44,227 nt of DNA from Bacteroidota bacterium (GTDB lineage Bacteria; Bacteroidota; Bacteroidia; Flavobacteriales_D; Crocinitomicaceae), in the NCBI GenBank assembly GCA_016866375.1, contig VGMK01000001.1, positions 1 through 44,227 on the forward strand. Direction: 5' to 3'. Both the position numbers and the translations under genes were made by a program. This document shows positions 17,612 through 26,952 of this stretch, piece by piece. The first letter of the stretch is position 1. Every line of letters starts with the position of its first letter. Under the pieces are notes generated by a model. It saw only the letters and a program-made list of their open reading frames with translations, was not told where the DNA came from and ran no database searches.

Positions 17612-18751
17612 TTAAAATTTGAAAATGTCAGGCTCACGCTTCTCAATCATCTTTATAAGCTCATCATCACCATAATCTCCAAAATGCGGATAAATATACT
17701 TTGTTACTTTCGATCCTATTTTCTGATCGTTTATTAAACTGTATACATCTAAAGTATAACGAGTTTCACCAGACCAATGGGACTCTGGGTTTATTCGAAT
17801 TCCATTTATATAAATTTTCTTTTGTGGAAGAAAATATGTGAATTCATAACCCCCTGTACTGACATTAATACTTTGCGACTGAATTAACTTTTCATCAGAA
17901 ATGTCCAAATCATAATATTGAATACTTCCACCAGATCCGCATCCAGAACTTAACAACCCCATTAAACGGCGCATTTTTGACCCAAGATCGAATTCTAGAT
18001 ATCCACCGAAAGAATTACCGTTTAACTCATTTGGATGAAAGTTTTTGAATGTTTCTCGTCCAAGATTATCAAAAATTACATAACCGAAATCCTCGGGACA
18101 CTGAACATTTAAATCTTCGGTAATTGGCGTGAAAAAATAAAAATGATAACTATTCTTCTCATTAAATTTAACAATTAGCGAATCGGTAACAATTTGTATT
18201 TCTTGTTTGAAATCCAGATATACTGTCGAATAATATTTCCCTTCATTAGGAATGTAAATTGGTTGTCTGTATTTGTATGGGAAAATAAAATTATTCGGAT
18301 TCGGTCGTTTTAACAGGCGAATACTATCGCCTAGTTCCAGAATTTTAATCTTTAGCTGATCAATCTCTTCATCTTTAGTTGCAGTTTCCAATTTACTTGA
18401 GTTTAACTCTTTTTGTAAACTAACTATACTAGTATTTAGTTCGTTGATTTTAACGAGATATTTAATCTTAAGCTGATCAATCTCTTCATCTTTAGTTGCA
18501 GTTTCCAATTTACTTGAGTTTAACTCTTTTTGTAAACTATCTATACTAGTATTTAGTTCGTTGATTTTAACGAGATATTCTGAGATAGAATTATTTTGAT
18601 TTAATATCACCTGTTTTAAACTGTCAGCATACATATTTAAGGATATTATTTGTTCTTTTTTTGTTTGTGAAAAAGAATCAATAAAAACTATAATAAACCC
18701 GAAAAATAAAATAATGGGCTTAAATTGGATGGACGTTTTAGCTATTATCAT
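17612..18751 (-). CDS. Signal-anchored or secreted protein with a duplicated coiled-coil segment and a beta-rich C-terminal domain
   Basis: Start moved to MIIAKTSIQFKPIILFFGFIIVFIDSFSQ (signal/anchor), downstream of a -7 box. The 39-aa unit YLVKINELNTSI.SLQKELNSSKLETATKDEEIDQLKIK occurs twice. Confidence 0.65.
   Translation of the reverse strand: MIIAKTSIQFKPIILFFGFIIVFIDSFSQTKKEQIISLNMYADSLKQVILNQNNSISEYLVKINELNTSIDSLQKELNSSKLETATKDEEIDQLKIKYLVKINELNTSIVSLQKELNSSKLETATKDEEIDQLKIKILELGDSIRLLKRPNPNNFIFPYKYRQPIYIPNEGKYYSTVYLDFKQEIQIVTDSLIVKFNEKNSYHFYFFTPITEDLNVQCPEDFGYVIFDNLGRETFKNFHPNELNGNSFGGYLEFDLGSKMRRLMGLLSSGCGSGGSIQYYDLDISDEKLIQSQSINVSTGGYEFTYFLPQKKIYINGIRINPESHWSGETRYTLDVYSLINDQKIGSKVTKYIYPHFGDYGDDELIKMIEKREPDIFKF
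18345..18578. repeat. Two near-identical copies of a 117-bp tandem repeat inside the CDS
   Basis: tttaatctt(t/a)agctgatcaatctcttcatctttagttgcagtttccaatttacttgag... recurs with a 117-nt period (39 codons). Confidence 0.85.
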
Positions 18752-18812
18752 ATTAAATTCAATTAACACTAACTCGTTGCTAACCGTTATAAGAGTAACT
18801 ACACAACAATGA

Positions 18813-18820
18813 CAAAGGTA
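18813..18820 (-). promoter_or_regulatory. Bacteroidota-type -7 box (TAccTTTG on the minus strand)
   Basis: Plus-strand caaaggta at 18813-18820 is TACCTTTG on the minus strand. It lies downstream of the ORF-track start (18826) and upstream of the ATG at 18751, which supports the shorter CDS. Confidence 0.4.
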
Positions 18821-19094
18821 CGTCAAAAACTAATTTCTTAATAATCAACAGCCTAAACTACCCACCAAAACAATCCCGATGGAGATGGAGACACCACTGC
18901 CAAAGATTGAAAAACATAACCTTACGATTGGTGCTATCAGGCGAGGAAGTCAATTGAGAATGAATATAACGCGCATGACGTTCGCCTAATACTCAAAATA
19001 AAATCGATCCTATAGAAAGCGTAAAATATTTAAAAAATAATTCAATCATTAACGACAATTTTTTGGTATAAGATAAGAATAATATTTTTCTTAT

Positions 19095-19102
19095 TATTTT
19101 TG
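19095..19102 (+). promoter_or_regulatory. Bacteroidota-type -7 box (TAttTTTG) ahead of the membrane operon
   Basis: Exact TAnnTTTG, 17 nt upstream of the ATG at 19119. No well-spaced -33 element. Confidence 0.4.
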
Positions 19103-19118
19103 TCAAAAAAGTCAATCT

Positions 19119-19271
19119 ATGAAATATGAATTAGCCGTTGGATATTCACAACAATCCTTAGAATTATGTGTCAAGTCAATGATTTCAAATGGTTGGCAAC
19201 CTATTGGTGGGGTGTCTGTAATCGCTGACGAAGGGGGTTTAATGTTTTATCAAGCCATGATTTGTCAGTAG
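19119..19271 (+). CDS. DUF1737-like small protein (50 aa, below the ORF-track cutoff)
   Basis: Hand translation: MKYELAVGYSQQSLELCVKSMISNGWQPIGGVSVIADEGGLMFYQAMICQ*. The GWQP.GG ... YQAM pattern is DUF1737-like. Its stop abuts the next start. Confidence 0.55.
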   Translation: MKYELAVGYSQQSLELCVKSMISNGWQPIGGVSVIADEGGLMFYQAMICQ

Positions 19272-19706
19272 GTGCTTAAAACCAACACTAAATATTTTAT
19301 TAAAAATCACCCCATTGAATTGGAATGGGACTTCTCTGCTATTGGTGGTTTATTCATATATTACCTTAATTCATCGCGTTGGAAAATTCTAAATTTCAGG
19401 TTCACAAAAAAAAGAAACAACATAATAATTTTTCAAAACAGTGATATCATCGATTTCAAATTGTACAGAATTTCATGGTTTCGAATTAAAAAAATGAGTG
19501 TTTTTCATATTTCACCCAAAGCCATTGATCTTGTGAGTACAAAAGTTGAGGTAAAGGAAATAAATGCTCCAGGCATTAACTTTAACTTTTTATCTTTTCG
19601 TAAAAACCCTATTCTTATTAAAGCTAATGGAGAGATTGGACAATTTCACTCTCCGCAAATTTCTAAATTTAATTTAACCATAAATCCATTTACTTATCAT
19701 GAATGA
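19272..19706 (+). CDS. Hypothetical protein (GTG start)
   Basis: 144-aa ORF starting right after the previous stop and overlapping the next gene by 8 nt. No motif recognised. Confidence 0.45.
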   Translation: MLKTNTKYFIKNHPIELEWDFSAIGGLFIYYLNSSRWKILNFRFTKKRNNIIIFQNSDIIDFKLYRISWFRIKKMSVFHISPKAIDLVSTKVEVKEINAPGINFNFLSFRKNPILIKANGEIGQFHSPQISKFNLTINPFTYHE

Positions 19707-21000
19707 AATTAACGATTACCTGAAAAATTATGACATGAATAATCCAAATTCCGGTCGTTTTAAACATAAAGTAACACGATTCCTTTGGTGGTGTGCGGGG
19801 GCCGATAAACAAATTTTGGAAAAATGTCCCCTCGGTGACCGTGTAAGGTATGCCGGAATTGGTGGTATTGTATTGGCTACCGGCGTACTAGCAGCGGTAT
19901 CTGGAGGTTATGCCTTTTATACTATTTTCGGACCAAAAGGTGACGCTGTCGTAGAAGAAATTGCGACAATTAGAGATTTATCCATTTCGGCAATTTTTGC
20001 GATACTTTGGGGGTTGATTGTTTTCAATATGGACCGTTTTATCGTTTCAAGTACGGGTAAAGGAGATGGAAAAGATACTATTTCATGGAAGGAATTAGGT
20101 CAGGCCCTTCCACGAATTATCATTGCTGTTATTTTAGCTTTTGCGATTTCATCACCGTTAGAAACCCGAATTTTGAAATCTGAAATTGACGCTAAATTGC
20201 AAACAAAACAAGACGAGTATTTACTCGAATTAAATAAAAACACAGATAAAATAAAGAACGAAGAAATAAATCGAGTAAAAACTGAGATTTCCAAAATGGA
20301 AAAAGAAATCCTTGGTATTGAAGAGTCGTTTGAAAAAAGACGATTGGAAATCAAAGAAGCTCGAATTCGTCTTGAAGATGAAATTGCGGGTAGAATAGGG
20401 TCGGGAAAGGCCGGTGAAGGTCCCGCCGCACGAACTCAAAAAGAAAATCTTACACGTCAAGAACAAGAGTTAAACGAACAAAAAAAGAATAAAGAACCTG
20501 AAATTGCCGCAAAAAAAACACGATTAAAAGCTTCGGTTTTAGAACTTGACAAAATCTATAAAAGCATTGAAGAGGATAAAGCAAAAAACAAATTAAAAGC
20601 AAACAATTTGGATGGTTTGTTGGAAAGAATTCATATTTCCCATGAAATCGGAGGTATCGTGCCTTGGATTATTTTCCTTGTTTTACTTTCGATTGAGGCC
20701 GGTCCTATTTTCTTCAAAATGATGATGCAAAAAGGTGTTTATGAATACTTGGTGGAAAATAATAAAAAACGCTTTCTTTCACTTAACGGTATTGTGGTAG
20801 AGGAGAAACTAGTTGAAGACAAACATGATGTAAAACATGCTGAAATAACACATTTTATGGAGGCCGAAAAAGAGATCAATGCAAAAAAAGAGCAATTAGA
20901 TAAAGAATCTGATCTAACCAGTCATACACTCGATAAATGGCATAAATCCAAAAAAGGAGAAATCGACGAGAATCCCGAACAGTTTTTTAACGAACACTAA
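19699..21000 (+). CDS. DUF4407 family membrane protein with a long coiled coil
   Basis: RFLWWCAGADKQILEKCPLGDRVRYAGIGGIVLATG... and LWGLIVFNMDRFIVSS match DUF4407. A central Lys/Glu-rich coiled coil lies between TM segments. Confidence 0.7.
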   Translation: MNEINDYLKNYDMNNPNSGRFKHKVTRFLWWCAGADKQILEKCPLGDRVRYAGIGGIVLATGVLAAVSGGYAFYTIFGPKGDAVVEEIATIRDLSISAIFAILWGLIVFNMDRFIVSSTGKGDGKDTISWKELGQALPRIIIAVILAFAISSPLETRILKSEIDAKLQTKQDEYLLELNKNTDKIKNEEINRVKTEISKMEKEILGIEESFEKRRLEIKEARIRLEDEIAGRIGSGKAGEGPAARTQKENLTRQEQELNEQKKNKEPEIAAKKTRLKASVLELDKIYKSIEEDKAKNKLKANNLDGLLERIHISHEIGGIVPWIIFLVLLSIEAGPIFFKMMMQKGVYEYLVENNKKRFLSLNGIVVEEKLVEDKHDVKHAEITHFMEAEKEINAKKEQLDKESDLTSHTLDKWHKSKKGEIDENPEQFFNEH

Positions 21001-22044
21001 ATGGGGAGGTTGTCCATTTTATTATTTGGACTTGACGAAACTATTTTAGCCCAATTAAGCGCGAGCGAACGAGATAAGTTTAAGTTCTTGAGTTGGCAGT
21101 TTCTGATTCAGTTCTTGTGTATTGTAGTAGGAATGAGTTATTTCTTCTTTCTACTCACGAATTCATATGTTCTGGGAGGAATAATAGGTCTTTTATTTGC
21201 CACAGTGATTAGTTCAGTTTTGCGTTTTACTCTGATATCTATTGGAATTCCATTAACTCAGATTGCTACTCCGTTGTCAATTCTCAAACGTTGGGTGAAT
21301 TTAATTCGTATTGCCCTCTACGCTGTTTATTGCTTCGTGGCTCTAACACCATTTCTCGCTTTATTTCATCACAATTCTTTATCCAACGATATGCAACAAC
21401 ACCGGCAGAAAATTGTGACAAGTTATGAAGAGCTTTTGCAAAAAAGATATGAAAACGCCATTCAAGAAAATAAAAATGATTTAGTAAAAAGGGAGAAAGA
21501 AATACAGGAATTGGAAGGAGATTATGAATCGATTCAAGACAAAGAGAGGAAGAATCTTGTGCTGTTTCAGCTTCGAGAATTGAAAAAAAAATACGAGGAA
21601 AAAGCCAATTCTTTTGCTATTCAGCAAAAAAAAATACAGGATAATTTAACATTGGAGTTTAAGAATTATGAGTCAAAAATCATGGGTGAAGACTTTCCAT
21701 TTACAAGATTTGATATCCTCATGGAAAAAGACAATTTTGTTTTTGTTTTAATCCTTATCGTTTTAGCATTCAGCTCAATAATTATACAATATATTAAAGC
21801 CGTAAGTGGTACCGAAAGTTCATATTTCGCCTTGTGTTCAAAACTATACTCAGAACGAGTAAGCAAAGATTACCAAGTGACAGTTGATGACACTAGAGCA
21901 TATCTTTTGGCAGAATTTAATAAATCCTGGTCTCCAATCCTTAATTATGAAGATCCTCCATTCAATGAAAAGAGAATTGTAACGGAAACGGAATTGAAGA
22001 ATAGCTCGTTGTTTAACGAATGGAAAAATAGAAAGGGATCATGA
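21001..22044 (+). CDS. Membrane plus coiled-coil protein, possibly a divergent DUF4407-like paralog
   Basis: Starts the base after the previous stop. Same layout: N-terminal LFGLDETILAQLSASERDKFKFL, TM helices, coiled coil, TM. Confidence 0.55.
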   Translation: MGRLSILLFGLDETILAQLSASERDKFKFLSWQFLIQFLCIVVGMSYFFFLLTNSYVLGGIIGLLFATVISSVLRFTLISIGIPLTQIATPLSILKRWVNLIRIALYAVYCFVALTPFLALFHHNSLSNDMQQHRQKIVTSYEELLQKRYENAIQENKNDLVKREKEIQELEGDYESIQDKERKNLVLFQLRELKKKYEEKANSFAIQQKKIQDNLTLEFKNYESKIMGEDFPFTRFDILMEKDNFVFVLILIVLAFSSIIIQYIKAVSGTESSYFALCSKLYSERVSKDYQVTVDDTRAYLLAEFNKSWSPILNYEDPPFNEKRIVTETELKNSSLFNEWKNRKGS

Positions 22045-23210
22045 GTAGTACCGTGCAATATTTTTCTGGAGATTTCATGTCAAGTTTTACAACGGCACAT
22101 GAATACACGAAAAATATTCTACATTTCGAACAAAACACCTCACAACTAATTATCTGTGGAAACGTATTGGTTACGAATGTCACGTATTACGATAATCTGC
22201 CATTGCCAAGTGTCGACTTGCCACTCAAACACGGAGATGAACTTTCCTTCGTAGAATTTAGAGATCATAATCCTGAATTATCGAGAAGAAGAAATATTTT
22301 TGATTATACCATTTCTTCTCTAAAAATTTCTGATTTTCAAGAAATAGATGGTGTTCCTCATGGTATTCTTACTGGAAGAATTACAGGTTGTTTAGTAAAA
22401 AAAGAAAAACAGGAAACCAATCAAGATCCTCCATTATCTTCCGAAACTGTCGAAAATTATTCTACACACACACCGTATACAACTCCTACGCAACTTTCAG
22501 AACGAAAAGGATGCGGAGCAAACCCACTTTTAAACTCGACCTCGCTGGGCCGAAATGGTGGTTGTGGAAGGTTTTTACCAAATACTGGGATTGCGAATCG
22601 AGGTTGCGGAAACATGGCGATACCGGGTGTAATGCCAAATGGATGTCGCAACAGCGGTTGTTGGTCTATTTTATCCTATTTAATTTGGGTGCCTTTGCTA
22701 TTTAGTTTATTTAAGTTTTGTGATAATAGCGATCAAGAGGATCGGAACATGCCAAAAGTTGAAGATAACAAGAAGGATTATTGGGAAGAAAATTCTGAAG
22801 AAGATTTTGGAATAGACTCTACTAAAATTTTGGACAATACCTATGAAATCCAATACAAATCGATTCTATTGCCTAATGTGCAATTCTTCACCAATAGCGA
22901 TAGAATATTGGAATACTCCAAAAAAGAACTAGATGAATTGAGTTTGTATTTCAACGAAAACAAGGAACTAAAAGGGATCATTTTTGGTTATACTGATGAT
23001 AAGGGAAATAAAGAAAAAAATCAACGGTTATCTCAAAAAAGAGCAGAAGCTGTAATGAATTATCTCATTGAAAGGGGTGTTGAATCCAGCCGCTTATCGG
23101 CAATTGGCAAAGGGGAATCCGACCCAAGAGCGAGCAATAAACTCAGAGAAGGAAGGTTAATGAACCGCAGAGTTGAAATTACCATTGTTAAAAAGGTGAG
23201 AAGAAAATGA
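22041..23210 (+). CDS. OmpA/MotB-like peptidoglycan-binding domain protein with a cytoplasmic N-domain, a Cys-Gly-rich segment and a single TM
   Basis: C-terminus: FFTNSDRILEYSKKELDELS...GYTDDKGNKEKNQRLSQKRAEAVMNYLIERGV...GKGESDP...NRRVEITI. TM helix WSILSYLIWVPLLFSLF. ATGA overlap upstream. Confidence 0.85.
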   Translation: MSSTVQYFSGDFMSSFTTAHEYTKNILHFEQNTSQLIICGNVLVTNVTYYDNLPLPSVDLPLKHGDELSFVEFRDHNPELSRRRNIFDYTISSLKISDFQEIDGVPHGILTGRITGCLVKKEKQETNQDPPLSSETVENYSTHTPYTTPTQLSERKGCGANPLLNSTSLGRNGGCGRFLPNTGIANRGCGNMAIPGVMPNGCRNSGCWSILSYLIWVPLLFSLFKFCDNSDQEDRNMPKVEDNKKDYWEENSEEDFGIDSTKILDNTYEIQYKSILLPNVQFFTNSDRILEYSKKELDELSLYFNENKELKGIIFGYTDDKGNKEKNQRLSQKRAEAVMNYLIERGVESSRLSAIGKGESDPRASNKLREGRLMNRRVEITIVKKVRRK

Positions 23211-24922
23211 CGGCGGAACGTATATATTTCAAAGCTAGGGCCATTGGGTATTACCATGTGGAAGATTCACGTCAGACGGGACCATATTCTTTTGCTGAAA
23301 TAGAAATTACGCAGTTAGACCTCGTTGAACTTAAGGAAATTGATGCATTCGACTTTAATGAGTTGAAAACTGGATTATTTCATAAACCAGAACGTAAAAT
23401 AAAAGCAGTGAGAGTCTTTCTTGAATCAGGAACGTATTTGAAAGAAGACATTCGCGATATTCTTTTCAGGCGCATCGAGAAAACGGATAAATTAACAGTT
23501 GAGGGCCAGGAATGGATAGGATTTACTGCCGATGCTTATTTTATCATTGAACGAAAAATCGAAGTCAAGCAAACACTAATCCCAACTGTTAATAGGAGAA
23601 CTATTTGGCCATTTTCACGAACAGGCACCACAACACAGACAACTACATTTGATACAAAAACAGGGAGCTCAACAGGAATAAATGTAGATCCGGTAGCCAC
23701 TGCTCCAGCATCTCCACTTCTTGGTTACTTGGTATTATTTCTTTGCTTCGTGTTTGTATTCGGGTTGTTCTTCGGATTTGGTGGAGGAACCTTGTTGTTT
23801 TTGGTACTTTTAGGTATTTCATTCCTACTTTCCTTTCTTGGTGACCGTTTTCCAGTTTTTCAACGCATTTTCGGAGTTAACTTTCCTTTATGGAACATCA
23901 TCGGTTGGATTTTTATATTTTTCAGTTTACTAAGTTTTGGAACCTATGGTCCAGACAATGGAAACATAAGTGGGTTCTTACTCGGGCTGGCTATCATCCT
24001 ATGGTCACGCAACGCTATTTGGCTGCGACGAATCGGACAACTTTCATTTTTTATCGTTATGCTTATGTTTTTGGCTAATTCCGGTATTTTAGGTTGGCTT
24101 GAGGATATCCCCGAAAAAACAAAACGAAAAAAATATACTGAAGACAAAGAATTTGTTGAGGAAGATCACATTAAATTTAAAAGAGAAAAAGATACCGTAG
24201 AAAACGACCAAGGTGAAAAAGTAGTTCGCGAGAAACTTATGCATTCATTAAATTGGACAGATAATTATCAAATGAATCATCAAGCTGTAATTAGTGTTTT
24301 TAAGCAGGATTATGAATCTTCAGAAATTAAGCGAAACAGAAGTGAAGTAAATGAAACGTCGGCATTGAGGTATTGGAACAGAGTGTATGCTCAACTTATT
24401 TACGACAACAAAGAGTACTTGGAACAGGTTATTGCCACTTTCAATCAAATTGGTAAGTCGAAACAACTCGATAGAAAAGGATTTGCAGACATGGTGGTTT
24501 CAGGCATACAAAACATACCCTATTACTTAGTTCATGATTTATCGCATGATGACGCCGATAGACAATTCGGTGGATTCATTACGGAATGGCACAACAAAGG
24601 TGGTAATTGCTTAGAAAAAATGAAATATGGTATTCAGGCTCCAGCTGAATTCATGGGGAATTTTAAAGGTGACTGTGATACACGAAGTGTTTTGTTGTTT
24701 TATGTCCTATCGAGATTTAAGTACGATGTCGCTATTTTAATTTCAGAACAATACGGACATGCAATATTAGGAATAGCCGGAGATTATTCAGGAAAATATA
24801 AAGAATACAACGGATATCGTTATTTTGCTTGGGAAACCACAGCAACCAATTTCGTTCCAGGAGTACTTGCTCCTGATTTCGGAAACATGAACTATTGGAA
24901 AATTGCATTAACTAATAACTAA
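23207..24922 (+). CDS. Polytopic membrane protein with a putative transglutaminase/papain-like C-terminal domain
   Basis: Thr-rich linker, about 5-6 TM helices, then GDCDTRSVLLFYVL...GHAILGI...FAWETT (candidate Cys/His/acid arrangement). ATGA overlap upstream. Confidence 0.5.
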   Translation: MTAERIYFKARAIGYYHVEDSRQTGPYSFAEIEITQLDLVELKEIDAFDFNELKTGLFHKPERKIKAVRVFLESGTYLKEDIRDILFRRIEKTDKLTVEGQEWIGFTADAYFIIERKIEVKQTLIPTVNRRTIWPFSRTGTTTQTTTFDTKTGSSTGINVDPVATAPASPLLGYLVLFLCFVFVFGLFFGFGGGTLLFLVLLGISFLLSFLGDRFPVFQRIFGVNFPLWNIIGWIFIFFSLLSFGTYGPDNGNISGFLLGLAIILWSRNAIWLRRIGQLSFFIVMLMFLANSGILGWLEDIPEKTKRKKYTEDKEFVEEDHIKFKREKDTVENDQGEKVVREKLMHSLNWTDNYQMNHQAVISVFKQDYESSEIKRNRSEVNETSALRYWNRVYAQLIYDNKEYLEQVIATFNQIGKSKQLDRKGFADMVVSGIQNIPYYLVHDLSHDDADRQFGGFITEWHNKGGNCLEKMKYGIQAPAEFMGNFKGDCDTRSVLLFYVLSRFKYDVAILISEQYGHAILGIAGDYSGKYKEYNGYRYFAWETTATNFVPGVLAPDFGNMNYWKIALTNN

Positions 24923-24925
24923 ATT

Positions 24926-25450
24926 ATGAAAACAGATTTTTACATTGCCCTCACTCAACTCAGCACCTCTGTTGTTATGGGAATTTTAACCGTTTACTTA
25001 ACTAAAGTAATTGTTACGAAATATTACAAAACTAAAACTGGACAAGTAAATCCTTACCAAAACACTTCGTTCATGATTTTTCTTGCCGGAACCATTTTTT
25101 CGGTCTCTTACATGGTTTATGGTATAAATGAACCTTTAGCCGAAACCATGCGCATATTACAGACGCAAGAACTTAGTAAATCTAAGTTAATACTAGAATA
25201 TTTACGTTTTGCAGGGATGTTCCTGACGCTTGCATACGCGTTCAGTGCTGGGGTGATTTTTTTGGCTTACAAACTCTTTTCAATTTTAACCGCGCAATTG
25301 GATGAATATGAAGAAATATCGCGCAATAATATCGGTGTTGCCATACTAGTAAGTGTTTTGACCATTGTAATTGCTTTGTTTGCACATATTGCCTTCATCG
25401 GGTTTATTCAAACATTTATCCCTTATCCAGAAATGCCAACTTTTATCTGA
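24926..25450 (+). CDS. Multi-pass membrane protein, DUF350-like
   Basis: Four hydrophobic helices. EEISRNNIGVAILVS resembles the DUF350 N.AVA motif. Starts 3 nt after the upstream stop. Confidence 0.4.
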   Translation: MKTDFYIALTQLSTSVVMGILTVYLTKVIVTKYYKTKTGQVNPYQNTSFMIFLAGTIFSVSYMVYGINEPLAETMRILQTQELSKSKLILEYLRFAGMFLTLAYAFSAGVIFLAYKLFSILTAQLDEYEEISRNNIGVAILVSVLTIVIALFAHIAFIGFIQTFIPYPEMPTFI

Positions 25451-25995
25451 TGAATCCTGTTTTCAAAACAATTTCAGAGTCGCAAACAGTACTAACTGAA
25501 TTGATGATTCCCAGTTATGCTAATTTCGGTGGTAAAATACATGGCGGTATTTTACTTTCACTTATGGATAAAGTAGCTTACGTTACCGCTTCCAAACACT
25601 ACGGAGGCTACTGTGTTACCGTCGCTGTGGAAGGTGTGGAATTCATGCATCCTGTTGAAGTTGGTCAACTGGTATCTTTGAAAGCGAGCATCAATTATGT
25701 GGGTAAGTCCTCTATGATTGTCGGTATTCGTGTGGAGGCCTTACAGCCTAAAACTGGCGAAGTTTTTCATACAAATAGTTCGTATTTTACCATGGTGGCA
25801 AAGAACGACGACCATCAAACTGATCGCGTACCCGGTTTAATTTTACAAACGGAAACAGAAATTCGACGTTTCTATGAAGGTATGCATCTTAAGCATATGG
25901 CAAAACAAAAACGAGAAATGCTCAAATCCGACTTTTCGTCTCTAACACTTGAAGATATCTGTGCTCACTTACTTGATGAAAATTGTAAGTTTTAA
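25450..25995 (+). CDS. Acyl-CoA thioesterase (hotdog fold, YciA-like)
   Basis: LMIPSYANFGGKIHGGILLSLMDKVAYVTASKH.GGYCVTVAVEGVEFMHPVEVGQLVSLKASINYVGKSSM is the typical acyl-CoA hydrolase core. Confidence 0.85.
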   Translation: MNPVFKTISESQTVLTELMIPSYANFGGKIHGGILLSLMDKVAYVTASKHYGGYCVTVAVEGVEFMHPVEVGQLVSLKASINYVGKSSMIVGIRVEALQPKTGEVFHTNSSYFTMVAKNDDHQTDRVPGLILQTETEIRRFYEGMHLKHMAKQKREMLKSDFSSLTLEDICAHLLDENCKF

Positions 25996-26333
25996 ACCTT
26001 ATTTTTTCTACCCTCCTCCTCTTCTTTCTTTATGGCATCTCCAAAAATTAGATTGTACAGGTATTGATACAAATAAATTTTAGCGCCCAAAGGCCAAATT
26101 CTATAAATTTCGAAGAAGGGCAATATGCTTAAAGTCACGGTAATAAATCCAAATGGAAAAATACCGAGTAGAACCAATGCAACCTGCGCACAAGAAAAGA
26201 GTAGCAACAATCCTAATCGTAAAAAAAAGTGTCGTTCGAGTTTTTTTAAAATTTTCTGAACTTCTTTCGCATCTTTCACTTCAACACGAGAAAAATCTAA
26301 CTCGATTGCTAATAATTGTTCTTTGATATTCAT
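25992..26333 (-). CDS. Small membrane protein
   Basis: 113-aa ORF with two hydrophobic helices. Convergent with the thioesterase gene. Confidence 0.45.
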   Translation of the reverse strand: MNIKEQLLAIELDFSRVEVKDAKEVQKILKKLERHFFLRLGLLLLFSCAQVALVLLGIFPFGFITVTLSILPFFEIYRIWPLGAKIYLYQYLYNLIFGDAIKKEEEEGRKNKV

Positions 26334-26344
26334 GTCTAAAAAAT

Positions 26345-26809
26345 TTAAAAGGTTACAGTGCCATTTGCCAAACGCTCTAAATAAAAAAGTTCGAAGGGGT
26401 GTAGGTTTTTACTTCCTTTTTCCAATATTCGATCTAAGATGACATCAAGATCCATAATGCGGTCAATGTAGCACAGCACCTCCTGTTTAAACGTGGGATT
26501 CAATTGACTCGAATCATTAATCAACACATGTGTTAAATCCGTAACCTTGTATTCAATAGCTTGTTTTTCCAATATTTTTTTTAACTCATTGAAAATTTCT
26601 TGATCGATTAGGTCAATTTCCGTATACCCTTTCTCATGGAACCAATGTAAGATGGGAACACTTTGATTGATCACATTTAGAAATACACCGTCTCGTTTGG
26701 TTAAGCCATCGAGTTTTTTCTCAAGCTCTTCTTCGTTGTACGGGTAATCAATTTTTAGCAATAAAAGTTCTGCACTATTTAGCGCATAAGGATACTGGTA
26801 ACATTTCAT
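26345..26809 (-). CDS. Hypothetical protein
   Basis: 154-aa ORF with no overlapping alternative. No motif recognised. Confidence 0.5.
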   Translation of the reverse strand: MKCYQYPYALNSAELLLLKIDYPYNEEELEKKLDGLTKRDGVFLNVINQSVPILHWFHEKGYTEIDLIDQEIFNELKKILEKQAIEYKVTDLTHVLINDSSQLNPTFKQEVLCYIDRIMDLDVILDRILEKGSKNLHPFELFYLERLANGTVTF

Positions 26810-26952
26810 GACAAGAGAGAATTAGTTTAACGAAAGCTCTAAACGCTGGATTTTCGAAAAAGTAACACGTCTGCTTGAGATTCATTTTATCTTGTTGAAT
26901 TTATTTACATACGTATGGGTATTTTTTATATATTTCCAAAATAAGCAATACC

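Noticed and set aside
18752-18826. N-terminal extension MTYLCHCCVVTLITVSNELVLIEFN of the 17612 gene.
   Set aside because: A TAccTTTG -7 box lies inside it at 18813-18820 on the minus strand. The Met at 18751 starts a normal signal/anchor sequence.
22388-22705. Alternative-frame ORFs inside the OmpA-domain gene (22388-22705 plus strand, 22457-22651 minus strand). Similar internal ORFs occur elsewhere, for example 36703-37023, 38727-39071 and 40348-40873.
   Set aside because: They are nested within longer ORFs that carry recognisable domains, they arise in locally G+C-richer segments, and they contain no motifs.
130-25400. Prophage or ICE annotation for the region after the tRNA.
   Set aside because: No capsid, terminase, tail, relaxase, T4SS or replication genes were seen. 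Only the recombinase and cargo are present, so only an integrative island edge is claimed. The far boundary is undefined.
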